NCBI GenBank assembly: GCA_964057225.1
Contig: CAXKVF010000076.1
Location: 310,001 to 374,000 of the forward strand
DNA: 64,000 nt
Origin: Auanema rhodensis
Taxonomy: Eukaryota; Animalia; Nematoda
Reading direction: 5' to 3'
Shown: positions 41,301 through 57,000 of the stretch, one piece after another
Layout: each line of letters starts with the position of its first letter
Numbering within the stretch: the first letter of the stretch is position 1
Position numbers and translations under genes: made by a program
Notes under the pieces: generated by a model
What the model was told of the DNA's origin: nothing
Databases searched by the model: none
The model's input: the letters and a program-made list of their open reading frames with translations, nothing else

Positions 41301-43151
41301 AATATCAATAAAAATTTGTTTTTAGACTAATATGGACATGGGGAATCTAATTTTGAAAACCGCATCTCTTTATCTTTCATGTGAAGCGAGTTACATACCA
41401 AGTGCACATCACGTGTACATTTAATTAGCATAAATTAAAGTTCACGTAAATTTCAAAGTCATGGTTACCATGCACCAATATCAATAAAAATTTGTTTTTA
41501 GACTAATATGGACATGGGGAATCTAATTTTGAAAACCGCATCTCTTTATCTTTCACGTGAAGCGAGTTACATACCAAGTGCACATCACGTGTACATTTAA
41601 TTAGCATAAATTAAAGTTCACGTAAATTTCAAAGTCATGGTTACCATGCACCAATATCAATAAAAATTTGTTTTTAGACTAATATGGACATGGGGAATCT
41701 AATTTTGAAAACCGCATCTCTTCATCTTTCACGTGAAGCGAGTTACATACCAAGTGCACATCAAGTGTACATTTAATTAGCATAAATTAAAGTTCACGTA
41801 AATTTCAAAGTCATGGTTACCATGCACCAATATCAATAAAAATTTGTTTTTAGACTAATATGGACATGGGGAATCTAATTTTGAAAACCGCATCTCTTTA
41901 TCTTTCACGTGAAGCGAGTTACATACCAAGTGCACATCACGTGTACATTTAATTAGCATAAATTAAAGTTCACGTAAATTTCAAAGTCATGGTTACCATG
42001 CACCAATATCAATAAAAATTTGTTTTTAGACTAATATGGACATGGGGAATCTAATTTTGAAAACCGCATCTCTTTATCTTTCACGTGAAGCGAGTTACAT
42101 ACCAAGTGCACATCACGTGTACATTTAATTAGCATAAATTAAAGTTCACGTAAATTTCAAAGTCATGGTTACCATGAAGCAATATCAATAAAAATTTGTT
42201 TTTAGACTAATATGGACATGGGGAATCTAATTTTGAAAACCGCATCTCTTTATCTTTCGCGTGAAGCGAGTTACATACCAAGTGCACATCACGTGTACAT
42301 TTAATTAGCATAAATTAAAGTTCACGTAAATTTCAAAGTCATGGTTACCATGAACCAATATCAATAAAAATTTGTTTTTAGACTAATATGGACATGGGGA
42401 ATCTAATTTTGAAAACCGCATCTCTTTATCTTTCACGTGAAGCGAGTTACATACCAAGTGCACATCACGTGTACATTTAATTAGCATAAATTAAAATTCA
42501 CGTAAATTTCAAAGTCATGGTTACCATGCACCAATATCAATAAAAGTTTGTTTTTAGACTAATATGGACATGAGGAATCTAATTTTGGAAACCGCATCTC
42601 TTTATCTTTCACGTGAAGCGAGTCACATACCAAGTGCACATCACGTGTACATTTAATTAGCATAAATTAAAGTTCACGTAAATTTCAAAGTCGTGGTTAC
42701 CATGCACCAATATCAATAAAAATTCGTTTTTAGACTAATATGGACATGGGGAATCTAATTTTGAAAACCGCATCTCTTTATCTTTCACGTGAAGCGAGTT
42801 ACATACCAAGTGCACATCACGTGTACATTTAATTAGCATAAATTAAAGTTCACGTAAATTTCAAAGTCATGGTTACCATGCACCAATATCAATAAAAATT
42901 TGTTTTTAGACTAATATGGACATGGGGAATCTAATTTTGAAAACCGCATCTTTTTATCTTTTACGTGAAGCGAGTTACATACCAAGTGCACATCACGTGT
43001 ACATTTAATTAGCATAAATTAAAGTTCACGTAAATTTTAAAGTCATGGTTACCATGAACCAATATCAATAAAAATTTGTGTTTAGACTAATATGGACATG
43101 GGGAATCTAATTTTGGAAACCGCATCTCTTCATCTTTCACGTGAAGCGAGT

Positions 43152-44031
43152 TACATACCAAGTGCACATCAAGTGTACATTTAATTAGCATAAATTAAAG
43201 TTCACGTAAATTTCAAAGTCATGGTTACCATGCACCAATATCAATAAAAATTTGTTTTTAGACTAATATGGACATGAGGAATCTAATTTTCAAAACCGCA
43301 TCTCTTTATCTTTCACGTGAAGCGAGTTACATACCAAGTGCACATCACGTTTACATTTAATTAGCATAAATTAAAGTTCACGTAAATTTCAAAGTCATGG
43401 TTACCATGCACCAATATCAATAAAAATTTGTTTTTAGACTAATATGGACATGGGGAATCTAATTTTGAAAACCGCATCTCTTCATCTTTCACGTGAAGCG
43501 AGTTACATACCAAGTGCACATCAAGTGTACATTTAATTAGCATAAATTAAAGTTCACGTAAATTTCAAAGTCATGGTTACCATGCACCAATATCAATAAA
43601 AATTTGTTTTTAGACTAATATGGACATGAGGAATCTAATTTTCAAAACCGCATCTCTTTATCTTTCACGTGAAGCGAGTTACATACCAAGTGCACATCAC
43701 GTTTACATTTAATTAGCATAAATTAAAGTTCACGTAAATTTCAAAGTCATGGTTACCATGCACCAATATCAATAAAAATTTGTTTTTAGACTAATATGGA
43801 CATGGGGAATCTAATTTTGAAAACCGCATCGCTTCATCTTTCACGTGAAGCGAGTTACATACCAAGTGCACATCAAGTGTACATTTAATTAGCATAAATT
43901 AAAGTTCACGTAAATTTCAAAGTCATGGTTACCATGCACCAATATCAATAAAAATTTGTTTTTAGACTAATATGGACATGAGGAATCTAATTTTCAAAAC
44001 CGCATCTCTTTATCTTTCACGTGAAGCGAGT
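43152..44031. repeat. 2-monomer HOR (352 bp), 2.5 copies
   Basis: ttttCaaaacc at 43291, 43643 and 43995; cacgtTtac at 43351 and 43703. Confidence 0.88.
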
Positions 44032-45439
44032 TACATACCAAGTGCACATCACGTGTACATTTAATTAGCATAAATTAAAGTTCACGTAAATTTCAAAGTC
44101 ATGGTTACCATGCACCAATATCAATAAAAATTTGTTTTTAGACTAATATGGACATGGGGAATCTAATTTTGAAAACCGCATCTCTTTATCTTTCACGTGA
44201 AGCGAGTTACATACCAAGTGCACATCACGTGTACATTTAATTAGCATAAATTAAAGTTCACGTAAATTTCAAAGTCATGGTTACCATGCACCAATATCAA
44301 TAAAAATTTGTTTTTAGACTAATATGGACATGGGGAATCTAATTTTGAAAACCGCATCTCTTTATCTTTCACGTGAAGCGAGTTACATACCAAGTGCACA
44401 TCACGTGTACATTTAATTAGCATAAATTAAAGTTCACGTAAATTTCAAAGTCATGGTTACCATGAACCAATATCAATAAAAATTTGTTTTTAGACTAATA
44501 TGGACATGGGGAATCTAATTTTGAAAACCGCATCTCTTTATCTTTCACGTGAAGCGAGTTACATACCAAGTGCACATCACGTGTACATTTAATTAGCATA
44601 AATTAAAGTTCACGTAAATTTCAAAGTCATGGTTACCATGCACCAATATCAATAAAAATTTGTTTTTAGACTAATATGGACATGGGGAATCTAATTTTGA
44701 AAACCGCATCTCTTTATCTTTCACGTGAAGCGAGTTACATACCAAGTGCACATCACGTGTACATTTAATTAGCATAAATTAAAGTTCACGTAAATTTCAA
44801 AGTCATGGTTACCATACACCAATATCAATAAAAATTTGTTTTTAGACTAATATGGACATGGGGAATCTAATTTTGAGAACCGCATCTCTTCATCTTTCAC
44901 GTGAAGCGAGTTACATACCAAGTGCACATCAAGTGTACATTTAATTAGCATAAATTAAAGTTCACGTAAATTTCAAAGTCATGGTTACCATGCACCAATA
45001 TCAATAAAAATTTGTTTTTAGACTAATATGGACATGGGGAATCTAATTTTGAAAACCGCATCTCTTTATCTTTCACGTGAAGCGAGTTACATACCAAGTG
45101 CACATCACGTGTACATTTAATTAGCATAAATTAAAGTTCACGTAAATTTCAAAGTCATGGTTACCATGCACCAATATCAATAAAAATTTGTTTTTAGACT
45201 AATATGGACATGGGGAATCTAATTGTGAAAACCGCATCTCTTTATCTTTCACGTGAAGCGAGTTACATACCAAGTGCACATCACGTGTACATTTAATTAG
45301 CATAAATTAAAGTTCACGTAAATTTCAAAGTCATGGTTACCATGAAGCAATATCAATAAAAAGTTGTTTTTAGACTAATATGGACATGAGGAATCTAATT
45401 TTGAAAACCGCATCTCTTTATCTTTCACGTGAAGCGAGT

Positions 45440-48400
45440 TACATACCAAGTGCTCATCAAGTGTACATTTAATTAGCATAAATTAAAGTTCACGTAAATT
45501 TCAAAGTCATGGTTACCATGCACCAATATCAATAAAAATTTGTTTTTAGACTAATATGGACATGGGGAATCTAATTTTGAAAACCGCATCTCTTTATCTT
45601 TCACGTGAAGCGAGTTACATACCAAGTGCACATCACGTGTACATTTAATTAGCATAAATTGAAGTTCACGTAAATTTCAAAGTCATGGTTACCATGCACC
45701 AATATCAATAAAAATTTGTTTTTAGACTAATATGGACATGGGGAATCTAATTTTGAGAACCGCATCTCTTCATCTTTCACGTGAAGCGAGTTACATACCA
45801 AGTGCACATCAAGTGTACATTTAATTAGCATAAATTAAAGTTCACGTAAATTTCAAAGTCATGGTTACCATGCACCAATATCAATAAAAATTTGTTTTTA
45901 GACTAATATGGACATGGGGAATCTAATTTTGAAAACCGCATCTCTTTATCTTTCACGTGAAGCGAGTTACATACCAAGTGCACATCACGTGTACATTTAA
46001 TTAGCATAAATTAAAGTTCACGTAAATTTCAAAGTCATGGTTACCATGCACCAATATCAATAAAAATTTGTTTTTAGACTAATATGGACATGAGGAATCT
46101 AATTTTGAAAACCGCATCTCTTTATCTTTCACGTGAAGCGAGTTACATACCAAGTGCACATCACGTGTACATTTAATTAGCATAAATTAAAGTTCACGTA
46201 AATTTCAAAGTCATGGTTACCATGCACCAATATCAATAAAAATTTGTTTTTAGACTAATATGGACATGGGCAATCTAATTTTGAAAACCGCATCTCTTTA
46301 TCTTTCAAGTGAAGCGAGTTACATACCAAGTGCACATCACGTGTACATTTAATTAGCATAAATTAAAGTTCACGTAAATTTCAAAGTCCTGGTTACCATG
46401 CACCAATATCAATAAAAATTTGTTTTTAGACTAATATGGACATGGGGAATCTAATTTTGAAAACCGCATCTCTTTATCTTTCACGTGAAGCGAGTTACAT
46501 ACCAAGTGCACATCACGTGTACATTTAATTAGCATAAATTAAAGTTCACGTAAATTTCAAAGTCATGGTTACCATGCACCAATATCAATAAAAATTTGTT
46601 TTTAGACTAATATGGACATGAGGAATCTAATTTTGAAAACCGCATCTCTTTATCTTTCACGTGAAGCGAGTTACATACCAAGTGCACATCACGTGTACAT
46701 TTAATTAGCATAAATTAAAGTTCACGTAACTTTCAAAGTCATGGTTACCATGAACCAATATCAATAAAAATTTGTTTTTAGACTAATATGGACATGGGGA
46801 ATCTAATTTTGAAAACCGCATTTCTTTATCTTTTACGTGAAGCGAGTTACATACCAAGTGCACATCACGTGTACATTTAATTAGCATAAATTAAAGTTCA
46901 CGTAAATTTCAAAGTCATGGTTACCATGCACCAATATCAATAAAAATTTGTTTTTAGACTAATATGGACATGAGGAATCTAATTTTGAAAACCGCATCTC
47001 TTTTTCTTTCACGTGAAGCGAGTTACATACCAAGTGCACATCACGTGTACATTTAATTAGCATAAATTAAAGTTCACGTAAATTTCAAAGTCATGGTTAC
47101 CATGAACCAATATCAATAAAAATTTGTTTTTAGACTAATATGGACATGAGGAATCTAATTTTGAAAACCGCATCTCTTTATCTTTCACGTGAAGCGAGTT
47201 ACATACCAAGTGCTCATCAAGTGTACATTTAATTAGCATAAATTAAAGTTCACGTAAATTTCAAAGTCATGGTTACCATGCACCAATATCAATAAAAATT
47301 TGTTTTTAGACTAATATGGACATGGGGAATCTAATTTTGAAAACCGCATCTCTTTATCTTTCACGTGAAGCGAGTTACATACCAAGTGCACATCACGTGT
47401 ACATTTAATTAGCATAAATTGAAGTTCACGTAAATTTCAAAGTCATGGTTACCATGCACCAATATCAATAAAAATTTGTTTTTAGACTAATATGGACATG
47501 GGGAATCTAATTTTGAGAACCGCATCTCTTCATCTTTCACGTGAAGCGAGTTACATACCAAGTGCACATCAAGTGTACATTTAATTAGCATAAATTAAAG
47601 TTCACGTAAATTTCAAAGTCATGGTTACCATGCACCAATATCAATAAAAATTTGTTTTTAGACTAATATGGACATGGGGAATCTAATTTTGAAAACCGCA
47701 TCTCTTTATCTTTCACGTGAAGCGAGTTACATACCAAGTGCACATCACGTGTACATTTAATTAGCATAAATTAAAGTTCACGTAAATTTCAAAGTCATGG
47801 TTACCATGCACCAATATCAATAAAAATTTGTTTTTAGACTAATATGGACATGAGGAATCTAATTTTGAAAACCGCATCTCTTTATCTTTCACGTGAAGCG
47901 AGTTACATACCAAGTGCACATCACGTGTACATTTAATTAGCATAAATTAAAGTTCACGTAAATTTCAAAGTCATGGTTACCATGCACCAATATCAATAAA
48001 AATTTGTTTTTAGACTAATATGGACATGGGCAATCTAATTTTGAAAACCGCATCTCTTTATCTTTCAAGTGAAGCGAGTTACATACCAAGTGCACATCAC
48101 GTGTACATTTAATTAGCATAAATTAAAGTTCACGTAAATTTCAAAGTCCTGGTTACCATGCACCAATATCAATAAAAATTTGTTTTTAGACTAATATGGA
48201 CATGGGGAATCTAATTTTGAAAACCGCATCTCTTTATCTTTCACGTGAAGCGAGTTACATACCAAGTGCACATCACGTGTACATTTAATTAGCATAAATT
48301 AAAGTTCACGTAAATTTCAAAGTCATGGTTACCATGCACCAATATCAATAAAAATTTGTTTTTAGACTAATATGGACATGAGGAATCTAATTTTGAAAAC

Positions 48401-48959
48401 CGCATCTCTTTATCTTTCACGTGAAGCGAGTTACATACCAAGTGCACATCACGTGTACATTTAATTAGCATAAATTAAAGTTCACGTAACTTTCAAAGTC
48501 ATGGTTACCATGAACCAATATCAATAAAAATTTGTTTTTAGACTAATATGGACATGGGGAATCTAATTTTGAAAACCGCATTTCTTTATCTTTTACGTGA
48601 AGCGAGTTACATACCAAGTGCACATCACGTGTACATTTAATTAGCATAAATTAAAGTTCACGTAAATTTCAAAGTCATGGTTACCATGCACCAATATCAA
48701 TAAAAATTTGTTTTTAGACTAATATGGACATGAGGAATCTAATTTTGAAAACCGCATCTCTTTTTCTTTCACGTGAAGCGAGTTACATACCAAGTGCACA
48801 TCACGTGTACATTTAATTAGCATAAATTAAAGTTCACGTAAATTTCAAAGTCATGGTTACCATGAACCAATATCAATAAAAATTTGTTTTTAGACTAATA
48901 TGGACATGGGGAATCTAATTTTGAAAACCGCATCTCTTTATCTTTCACGTGAAGCGAGT
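45440..48959. repeat. 10-monomer HOR (1760 bp), two near-identical tandem copies
   Basis: Five rare markers repeat at a 1760-bp offset: gtgcTcatcaa (45454/47214), attGaag (45661/47421), gtcCtgg (46389/48149), gtaaCttt (46730/48490), ctttTtct (47004/48764). Confidence 0.92.
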
Positions 48960-49839
48960 TACATACCAAGTGCACATCACGTGTACATTTAATTAGCATA
49001 AATTAAAGTTCACGTAAATTTCAAAGTCATGGTTACCATGAACCAATATCAATAAAAATTTGTTTTTAGACTAATATGGACATGGGGAATCTAATTTTGA
49101 AAACCGCATCTCTTTATCTTTCACGTGAAGCGAGTTACATACCAAGTGCACATCACGTGTACATTTAATTAGCATAAATTAAAGTTCACGTAAATTTCAA
49201 AGTCATGGTTACCATGCACCAATATCAATAAAAATTTGTTTTTAGACTAATATGGACATGGGGAATCTAATTTTGAAAACCGCATCTCTTTATCTTTCAC
49301 GTGAAGCGAGTTACATACCAAGTGCACATCACGTGTACATTTAATTAGCATAAATTAAAGTTCACGTAAATTTCAAAGTCATGGTTACCATACACCAATA
49401 TCAATAAAAATTTGTTTTTAGACTAATATGGACATGGGGAATCTAATTTTGAGAACCGCATCTCTTCATCTTTCACGTGAAGCGAGTTACATACCAAGTG
49501 CACATCAAGTGTACATTTAATTAGCATAAATTAAAGTTCACGTAAATTTCAAAGTCATGGTTACCATACACCAATATCAATAAAAATTTGTTTTTAGACT
49601 AATATGGACATGGGGAATCTAATTGTGAAAACCGCATCTCTTTATCTTTCACGTGAAGCGAGTTACATACCAAGTGCACATCACGTGTACATTTAATTAG
49701 CATAAATTAAAGTTCACGTAAATTTCAAAGTCATGGTTACCATGAAGCAATATCAATAAAAAGTTGTTTTTAGACTAATATGGACATGAGGAATCTAATT
49801 TTGAAAACCGCATCTCTTTATCTTTCACGTGAAGCGAGT

Positions 49840-50895
49840 TACATACCAAGTGCACATCAAGTGTACATTTAATTAGCATAAATTAAAGTTCACGTAAATT
49901 TCAAAGTCATGGTTACCATGAACCAATATCAATAAAAATTTGTTTTTAGACTAATATGGACATGGGGAATCTAATTTTGAAAACCGCATCTCTTTATCTT
50001 TCACGTGAAGCGAGTTACATACCAAGTGCACATCACGTGTACATTTAATTAGCATAAATTAAAGTTCACGTAAATTTCAAAGTCATGGTTACCATGAACC
50101 AATATCAATAAAAATTTGTTTTTAGACTAATATAGACATGGGGAATCTAATTTTGAAAACCGCATCTCTTTATCTTTCACGTGAAGCGAGTTACATACCA
50201 AGTGCACATCACGTGTACATTCAATTAGCATAAATTAAAGTTCACGTAAATTTCAAAGTCATGGTTACCATGCACCAATATCAATAAAAATTTGTTTTTA
50301 GACTAATATGGACATGAGGAATCTAATTTTGAAAACCGCATCTCTTTATCTTTCACGTGAAGCGAGTTACATACCAAGTGCACATCACGTGTACATTTAA
50401 TTAGCATAAATTAAAGTTCACGTAAATTTCAAAGTCATGGTTACCATGAACCAATATCAATAAAAATTTGTTTTTAGACTAATATGGACATGGGGAATCT
50501 AATTTTGAAAACCGCATCTCTTTATCTTTCACGTGAAGCGAGTTACATACCAAGTGCACATCACGTGTACATTTAATTAGCATAAATTAAAGTTCACGTA
50601 AATTTCAAAGTCATGGTTACCATGAACCAATATCAATAAAAATTTGTTTTTAGACTAATATAGACATGGGGAATCTAATTTTGAAAACCGCATCTCTTTA
50701 TCTTTCACGTGAAGCGAGTTACATACCAAGTGCACATCACGTGTACATTCAATTAGCATAAATTAAAGTTCACGTAAATTTCAAAGTCATGGTTACCATG
50801 CACCAATATCAATAAAAATTTGTTTTTAGACTAATATGGACATGAGGAATCTAATTTTGAAAACCGCATCTCTTTATCTTTCACGTGAAGCGAGT
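49840..50895. repeat. 3-monomer HOR (528 bp), two copies
   Basis: aatatAgac at 50134 and 50662, each followed by a ttCaat+atgAgg monomer. Confidence 0.85.
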
Positions 50896-51071
50896 TACAT
50901 ACCAAGTGCACATCACGTGTACATTTAATTAGCATAAATTAAAGTTCACGTAAATTTCAAAGTCATGGTTACCATGCACCAATATCAATAAAAATTTGTT
51001 TTTAGACTAATATGGACATGGGGAATCTAATTTTGAAAACCGCATCTCTTTATCTTTCACGTGAAGCGAGT

Positions 51072-54000
51072 TACATACCAAGTGCACATCACGTGTACAT
51101 TTAATTAGCATAAATTAAAGTTCACGTAAATTTCAAAGTCATGGTTACCATGCACCAATATCAATAAAAATTTGTTTTTAGACTAATATGGACATGAGGA
51201 ATCTAATTTTGAAAACCGATCTCTTTATCTTTCACGTGAAGCGAGTTACATACCAAGTGCATATCACGTGTACATTTAATTAGCATAAATTAAAGTTCAC
51301 GTAAATTTCAAAGTCATGGTTACCATGCACCAATATCAATAAAAATTTGTTTTTAGACTAATATGGACATGAGGAATCTAATTTTGAAAACCGCATCTCT
51401 TTATCTTTCACGTGAAGCGAGTTACATACCAAGTGCACATCACGTGTACATTTAATTAGCATAAATTAAAGTTCACGTAAATTTCAAAGTCATGGTTACC
51501 ATGCACCAATATCAATAAAAATTCGTTTTTAGACTAATATGGACATGGGGAATCTAATTTTGAAAACCGCATCTCTTTATCTTTCACGTGAAGCGAGTTA
51601 CATACCAAGTGCACATCACGTGTACATTTAATTAGCATAAATTAAAGTTCACGTAAATTTCAAAGTCGTGGTTACCATACACCAATATCAATAAAAATTC
51701 GTTTTTAGACTAATATGGACATGGGGAACCTAACTTTGAAAACCGCATCTCTTTATCTTTCACGTGAAGCGAGTTACATACCAAGTGCACATCACGTGTA
51801 CATTTAATTAGCATAAATTAAAGTTCACGTAAATTTCAAAGTCATGGTTACCATGCACCAATATCAATAAAAATTTGTTTTTAGACTAATATGGACATGA
51901 GGAATCTAATTTTGAAAACCGCATCTCTTTATCTTTCACGTGAAGCGAGTTACATACCAAGTGCACATCACGTGTACATTTAATTAGCATAAATTAAAGT
52001 TCACGTAAATTTCAAAGTCATGGTTACCATGCACCAATATAAATAAAAATTTGTTTTTAGACTAATATGGACATGAGCAATCTAATTTTGAAAACCGCAT
52101 CTCTTTATCTTTCACGTGAAGCGAGTTACATACCAAGTGCACATCACGTGTACATTTAATTAGCATAAATTAAAGTTCACGTAAATTTCAAAGTCATGGT
52201 TACCATGCACCAATATCAATAAAAATTTGTTTTTAGACTAATATGGACATGGGGAATCTAATTTTGAAAACCGCATCTCTTTATCTTTCACGTGAAGCGA
52301 GTTACATACCAAGTGCACATCACGTGTACATTTAATTAGCATAAATTAAAGTTCACGTAAATTTCAAAGTCATGGTTACCATGCACCAATATCAATAAAA
52401 ATTTGTTTTTAGACTAATATGGACATGAGGAATCTAATTTTGAAAACCGCATCTCTTTGTCTTTCACGTGAAGCGAGTTACATACCAAGTGCACATCACG
52501 TGTACATTTAATTAGCATAAATTAAAGTTCACGTAAATTTCAAAGTCATGGTTACCATGCACCAATATCAATAAAAATTTGTTTTTAGACTAATATGGAC
52601 ATGAGGAATCTAATTTTGAAAACCGCATCTCTTTATCTTTCACGTGAAGCGAGTTACATACCAAGTGCACATCACGTGTACATTTAATTAGCATAAATTA
52701 AAGTTCACGTAAATTTCAAAGTCATGGTTACCATGCACCAATATCAATAAAAATTCGTTTTTAGACTAATATGGACATGGGGAATCTAATTTTGAAAACC
52801 GCATCTCTTTATCTTTCACGTGAAGCGAGTTACATACCAAGTGCACATCACGTGTACATTTAATTAGCATAAATTAAAGTTCACGTAAATTTCAAAGTCG
52901 TGGTTACCATACACCAATATCAATAAAAATTCGTTTTTAGACTAATATGGACATGGGGAATCTAACTTTGAAAACCGCATCTCTTTATCTTTCACGTGAA
53001 GCGAGTTACATACCAAGTGCACATCACGTGTACATTTAATTAGCATAAATTAAAGTTCACGTAAATTTCAAAGTCATGGTTACCATGAACCAATATCAAT
53101 AAAAATTTGTTTTTAGACTAATATGGACATGGGGAATCTAATTTTGAAAACCGCATCTCTTTATCTTTCACGTGAAGCGAGTTACATACCAAGTGCACAT
53201 CACGTGTACATTCAATTAGCATAAATTAAAGTTCACGTAAATTTCAAAGTCATGGTTACCATGCACCAATTTCAATAAAAATTTGTTTTTAGACTAATAT
53301 GGACATGAGGAATCTAATTTTGAAAACCGCATCTCTTTATCTTTCACGTGAAGCGAGTTACATACCAAGTGCACATCACGTGTACATTTAATTAGCATAA
53401 ATTAAAGTTCACGTAAATTTCAAAGTCATGGTTACCATGCACCAATATCAATAAAAATTTGTTTTTAGACTAATATGGACATGAGGAATCTAATTTTGAA
53501 AACCGCATCTCTTTATCTTTCACGTGAAGCGAGTTACATACCAAGTGCACATCACGTGTACATTTAATTAGCATAAATTAAAGTTCACGTAAATTTCAAA
53601 GTCATGGTTACCATGCACCAATATCAATAAAAATTTGTTTTTAGACTAATATGGACATGGGGAATCTAATTTTGAAAACCGCATCTCTTTATCTTTCACG
53701 TGAAGCGAGTTACATACCAAGTGCACATCACGTGTACATTTAATTAGCATAAATTAAAGTTCACGTAAATTTCAAAGTCATGGTTATCATGCACCAATAT
53801 CAATAAAAATTTGTTTTTAGACTAATATGGACATGAGGAATCTAATTTTGAAAACCGATCTCTTTATCTTTCACGTGAAGCGAGTTACATACCAAGTGCA
53901 TATCACGTGTACATTTAATTAGCATAAATTAAAGTTCACGTAAATTTCAAAGTCATGGTTACCATGCACCAATATCAATAAAAATTTGTTTTTAGACTAA

Positions 54001-57000
54001 TATGGACATGAGGAATCTAATTTTGAAAACCGCATCTCTTTATCTTTCACGTGAAGCGAGTTACATACCAAGTGCACATCACGTGTACATTTAATTAGCA
54101 TAAATTAAAGTTCACGTAAATTTCAAAGTCATGGTTACCATGCACCAATATCAATAAAAATTCGTTTTTAGACTAATATGGACATGGGGAATCTAATTTT
54201 GAAAACCGCATCTCTTTATCTTTCACGTGAAGCGAGTTACATACCAAGTGCACATCACGTGTACATTTAATTAGCATAAATTAAAGTTCACGTAAATTTC
54301 AAAGTCGTGGTTACCATACACCAATATCAATAAAAATTCGTTTTTAGACTAATATGGACATGGGGAACCTAACTTTGAAAACCGCATCTCTTTATCTTTC
54401 ACGTGAAGCGAGTTACATACCAAGTGCACATCACGTGTACATTTAATTAGCATAAATTAAAGTTCACGTAAATTTCAAAGTCATGGTTACCATGCACCAA
54501 TATCAATAAAAATTTGTTTTTAGACTAATATGGACATGAGGAATCTAATTTTGAAAACCGCATCTCTTTATCTTTCACGTGAAACGAGTTACATACCAAG
54601 TGCACATCACGTGTACATTTAATTAGCATAAATTAAAGTTCACGTAAATTTCAAAGTCATGGTTACCATGCACCAATATAAATAAAAATTTGTTTTTAGA
54701 CTAATATGGACATGAGCAATCTAATTTTGAAAACCGCATCTCTTTATCTTTCACGTGAAGCGAGTTACATACCAAGTGCACATCACGTGTACATTTAATT
54801 AGCATAAATTAAAGTTCACGTAAATTTCAAAGTCATGGTTACCATGCACCAATATCAATAAAAATTCGTTTTTAGACTAATATGGACATGGGGAATCTAA
54901 TTTTGAAAACCGCATCTCTTTATCTTTCACGTGAAGCGAGTTACATACCAAGTGCACATCACGTGTACATTTAATTAGCATAAATTAAAGTTCACGTAAA
55001 TTTCAAAGTCGTGGTTACCATACACCAATATCAATAAAAATTCGTTTTTAGACTAATATGGACATGAGGAATCTAATTTTGAAAACCGATCTCTTTATCT
55101 TTCACGTGAAGCGAGTTACATACCAAGTGCATATCACGTGTACATTTAATTAGCATAAATTAAAGTTCACGTAAATTTCAAAGTCATGGTTACCATGCAC
55201 CAATATCAATAAAAATTTGTTTTTAGACTAATATGGACATGAGGAATCTAATTTTGAAAACCGCATCTCTTTATCTTTCACGTGAAGCGAGTTACATACC
55301 AAGTGCACATCACGTGTACATTTAATTAGCATAAATTAAAGTTCACGTAAATTTCAAAGTCATGGTTACCATGCACCAATATCAATAAAAATTCGTTTTT
55401 AGACTAATATGGACATGGGGAATCTAATTTTGAAAACCGCATCTCTTTATCTTTCACGTGAAGCGAGTTACATACCAAGTGCACATCACGTGTACATTTA
55501 ATTAGCATAAATTAAAGTTCACGTAAATTTCAAAGTCGTGGTTACCATACACCAATATCAATAAAAATTCGTTTTTAGACTAATATGGACATGGGGAACC
55601 TAACTTTGAAAACCGCATCTCTTTATCTTTCACGTGAAGCGAGTTACATACCAAGTGCACATCACGTGTACATTTAATTAGCATAAATTAAAGTTCACGT
55701 AAATTTCAAAGTCATGGTTACCATGCACCAATATCAATAAAAATTTGTTTTTAGACTAATATGGACATGAGGAATCTAATTTTGAAAACCGCATCTCTTT
55801 ATCTTTCACGTGAAGCGAGTTACATACCAAGTGCACATCACGTGTACATTTAATTAGCATAAATTAAAGTTCACGTAAATTTCAAAGTCATGGTTACCAT
55901 GCACCAATATAAATAAAAATTTGTTTTTAGACTAATATGGACATGAGCAATCTAATTTTGAAAACCGCATCTCTTTATCTTTCACGTGAAGCGAGTTACA
56001 TACCAAGTGCACATCACGTGTACATTTAATTAGCATAAATTAAAGTTCACGTAAATTTCAAAGTCATGGTTACCATGCACCAATATCAATAAAAATTTGT
56101 TTTTAGACTAATATGGACATGGGGAATCTAATTTTGAAAACCGCATCTCTTTATCTTTCACGTGAAGCGAGTTACATACCAAGTGCACATCACGTGTACA
56201 TTTAATTAGCATAAATTAAAGTTCACGTAAATTTCAAAGTCATGGTTACCATGCACCAATATCAATAAAAATTTGTTTTTAGACTAATATGGACATGAGG
56301 AACCTAATTTTGAAAACCGCATCTCTTTGTCTTTCACGTGAAGCGAGTTACATACCAAGTGCACATCACGTGTACATTTAATTAGCATAAATTAAAGTTC
56401 ACGTAAATTTCAAAGTCATGGTTACCATGCACCAATATCAATAAAAATTTGTTTTTAGACTAATATGGACATGAGGAATCTAATTTTGAAAACCGCATCT
56501 CTTTATCTTTCACGTGAAGCGAGTTACATACCAAGTGCACATCACGTGTACATTTAATTAGCATAAATTAAAGTTCACGTAAATTTCAAAGTCATGGTTA
56601 CCATGCACCAATATCAATAAAAATTCGTTTTTAGACTAATATGGACATGGGGAATCTAATTTTGAAAACCGCATCTCTTTATCTTTCACGTGAAGCGAGT
56701 TACATACCAAGTGCACATCACGTGTACATTTAATTAGCATAAATTAAAGTTCACGTAAATTTCAAAGTCGTGGTTACCATACACCAATATCAATAAAAAT
56801 TCGTTTTTAGACTAATATGGACATGGGGAATCTAACTTTGAAAACCGCATCTCTTTATCTTTCACGTGAAGCGAGTTACATACCAAGTGCACATCACGTG
56901 TACATTTAATTAGCATAAATTAAAGTTCACGTAAATTTCAAAGTCATGGTTACCATGAACCAATATCAATAAAAATTTGTTTTTAGACTAATATGGACAT

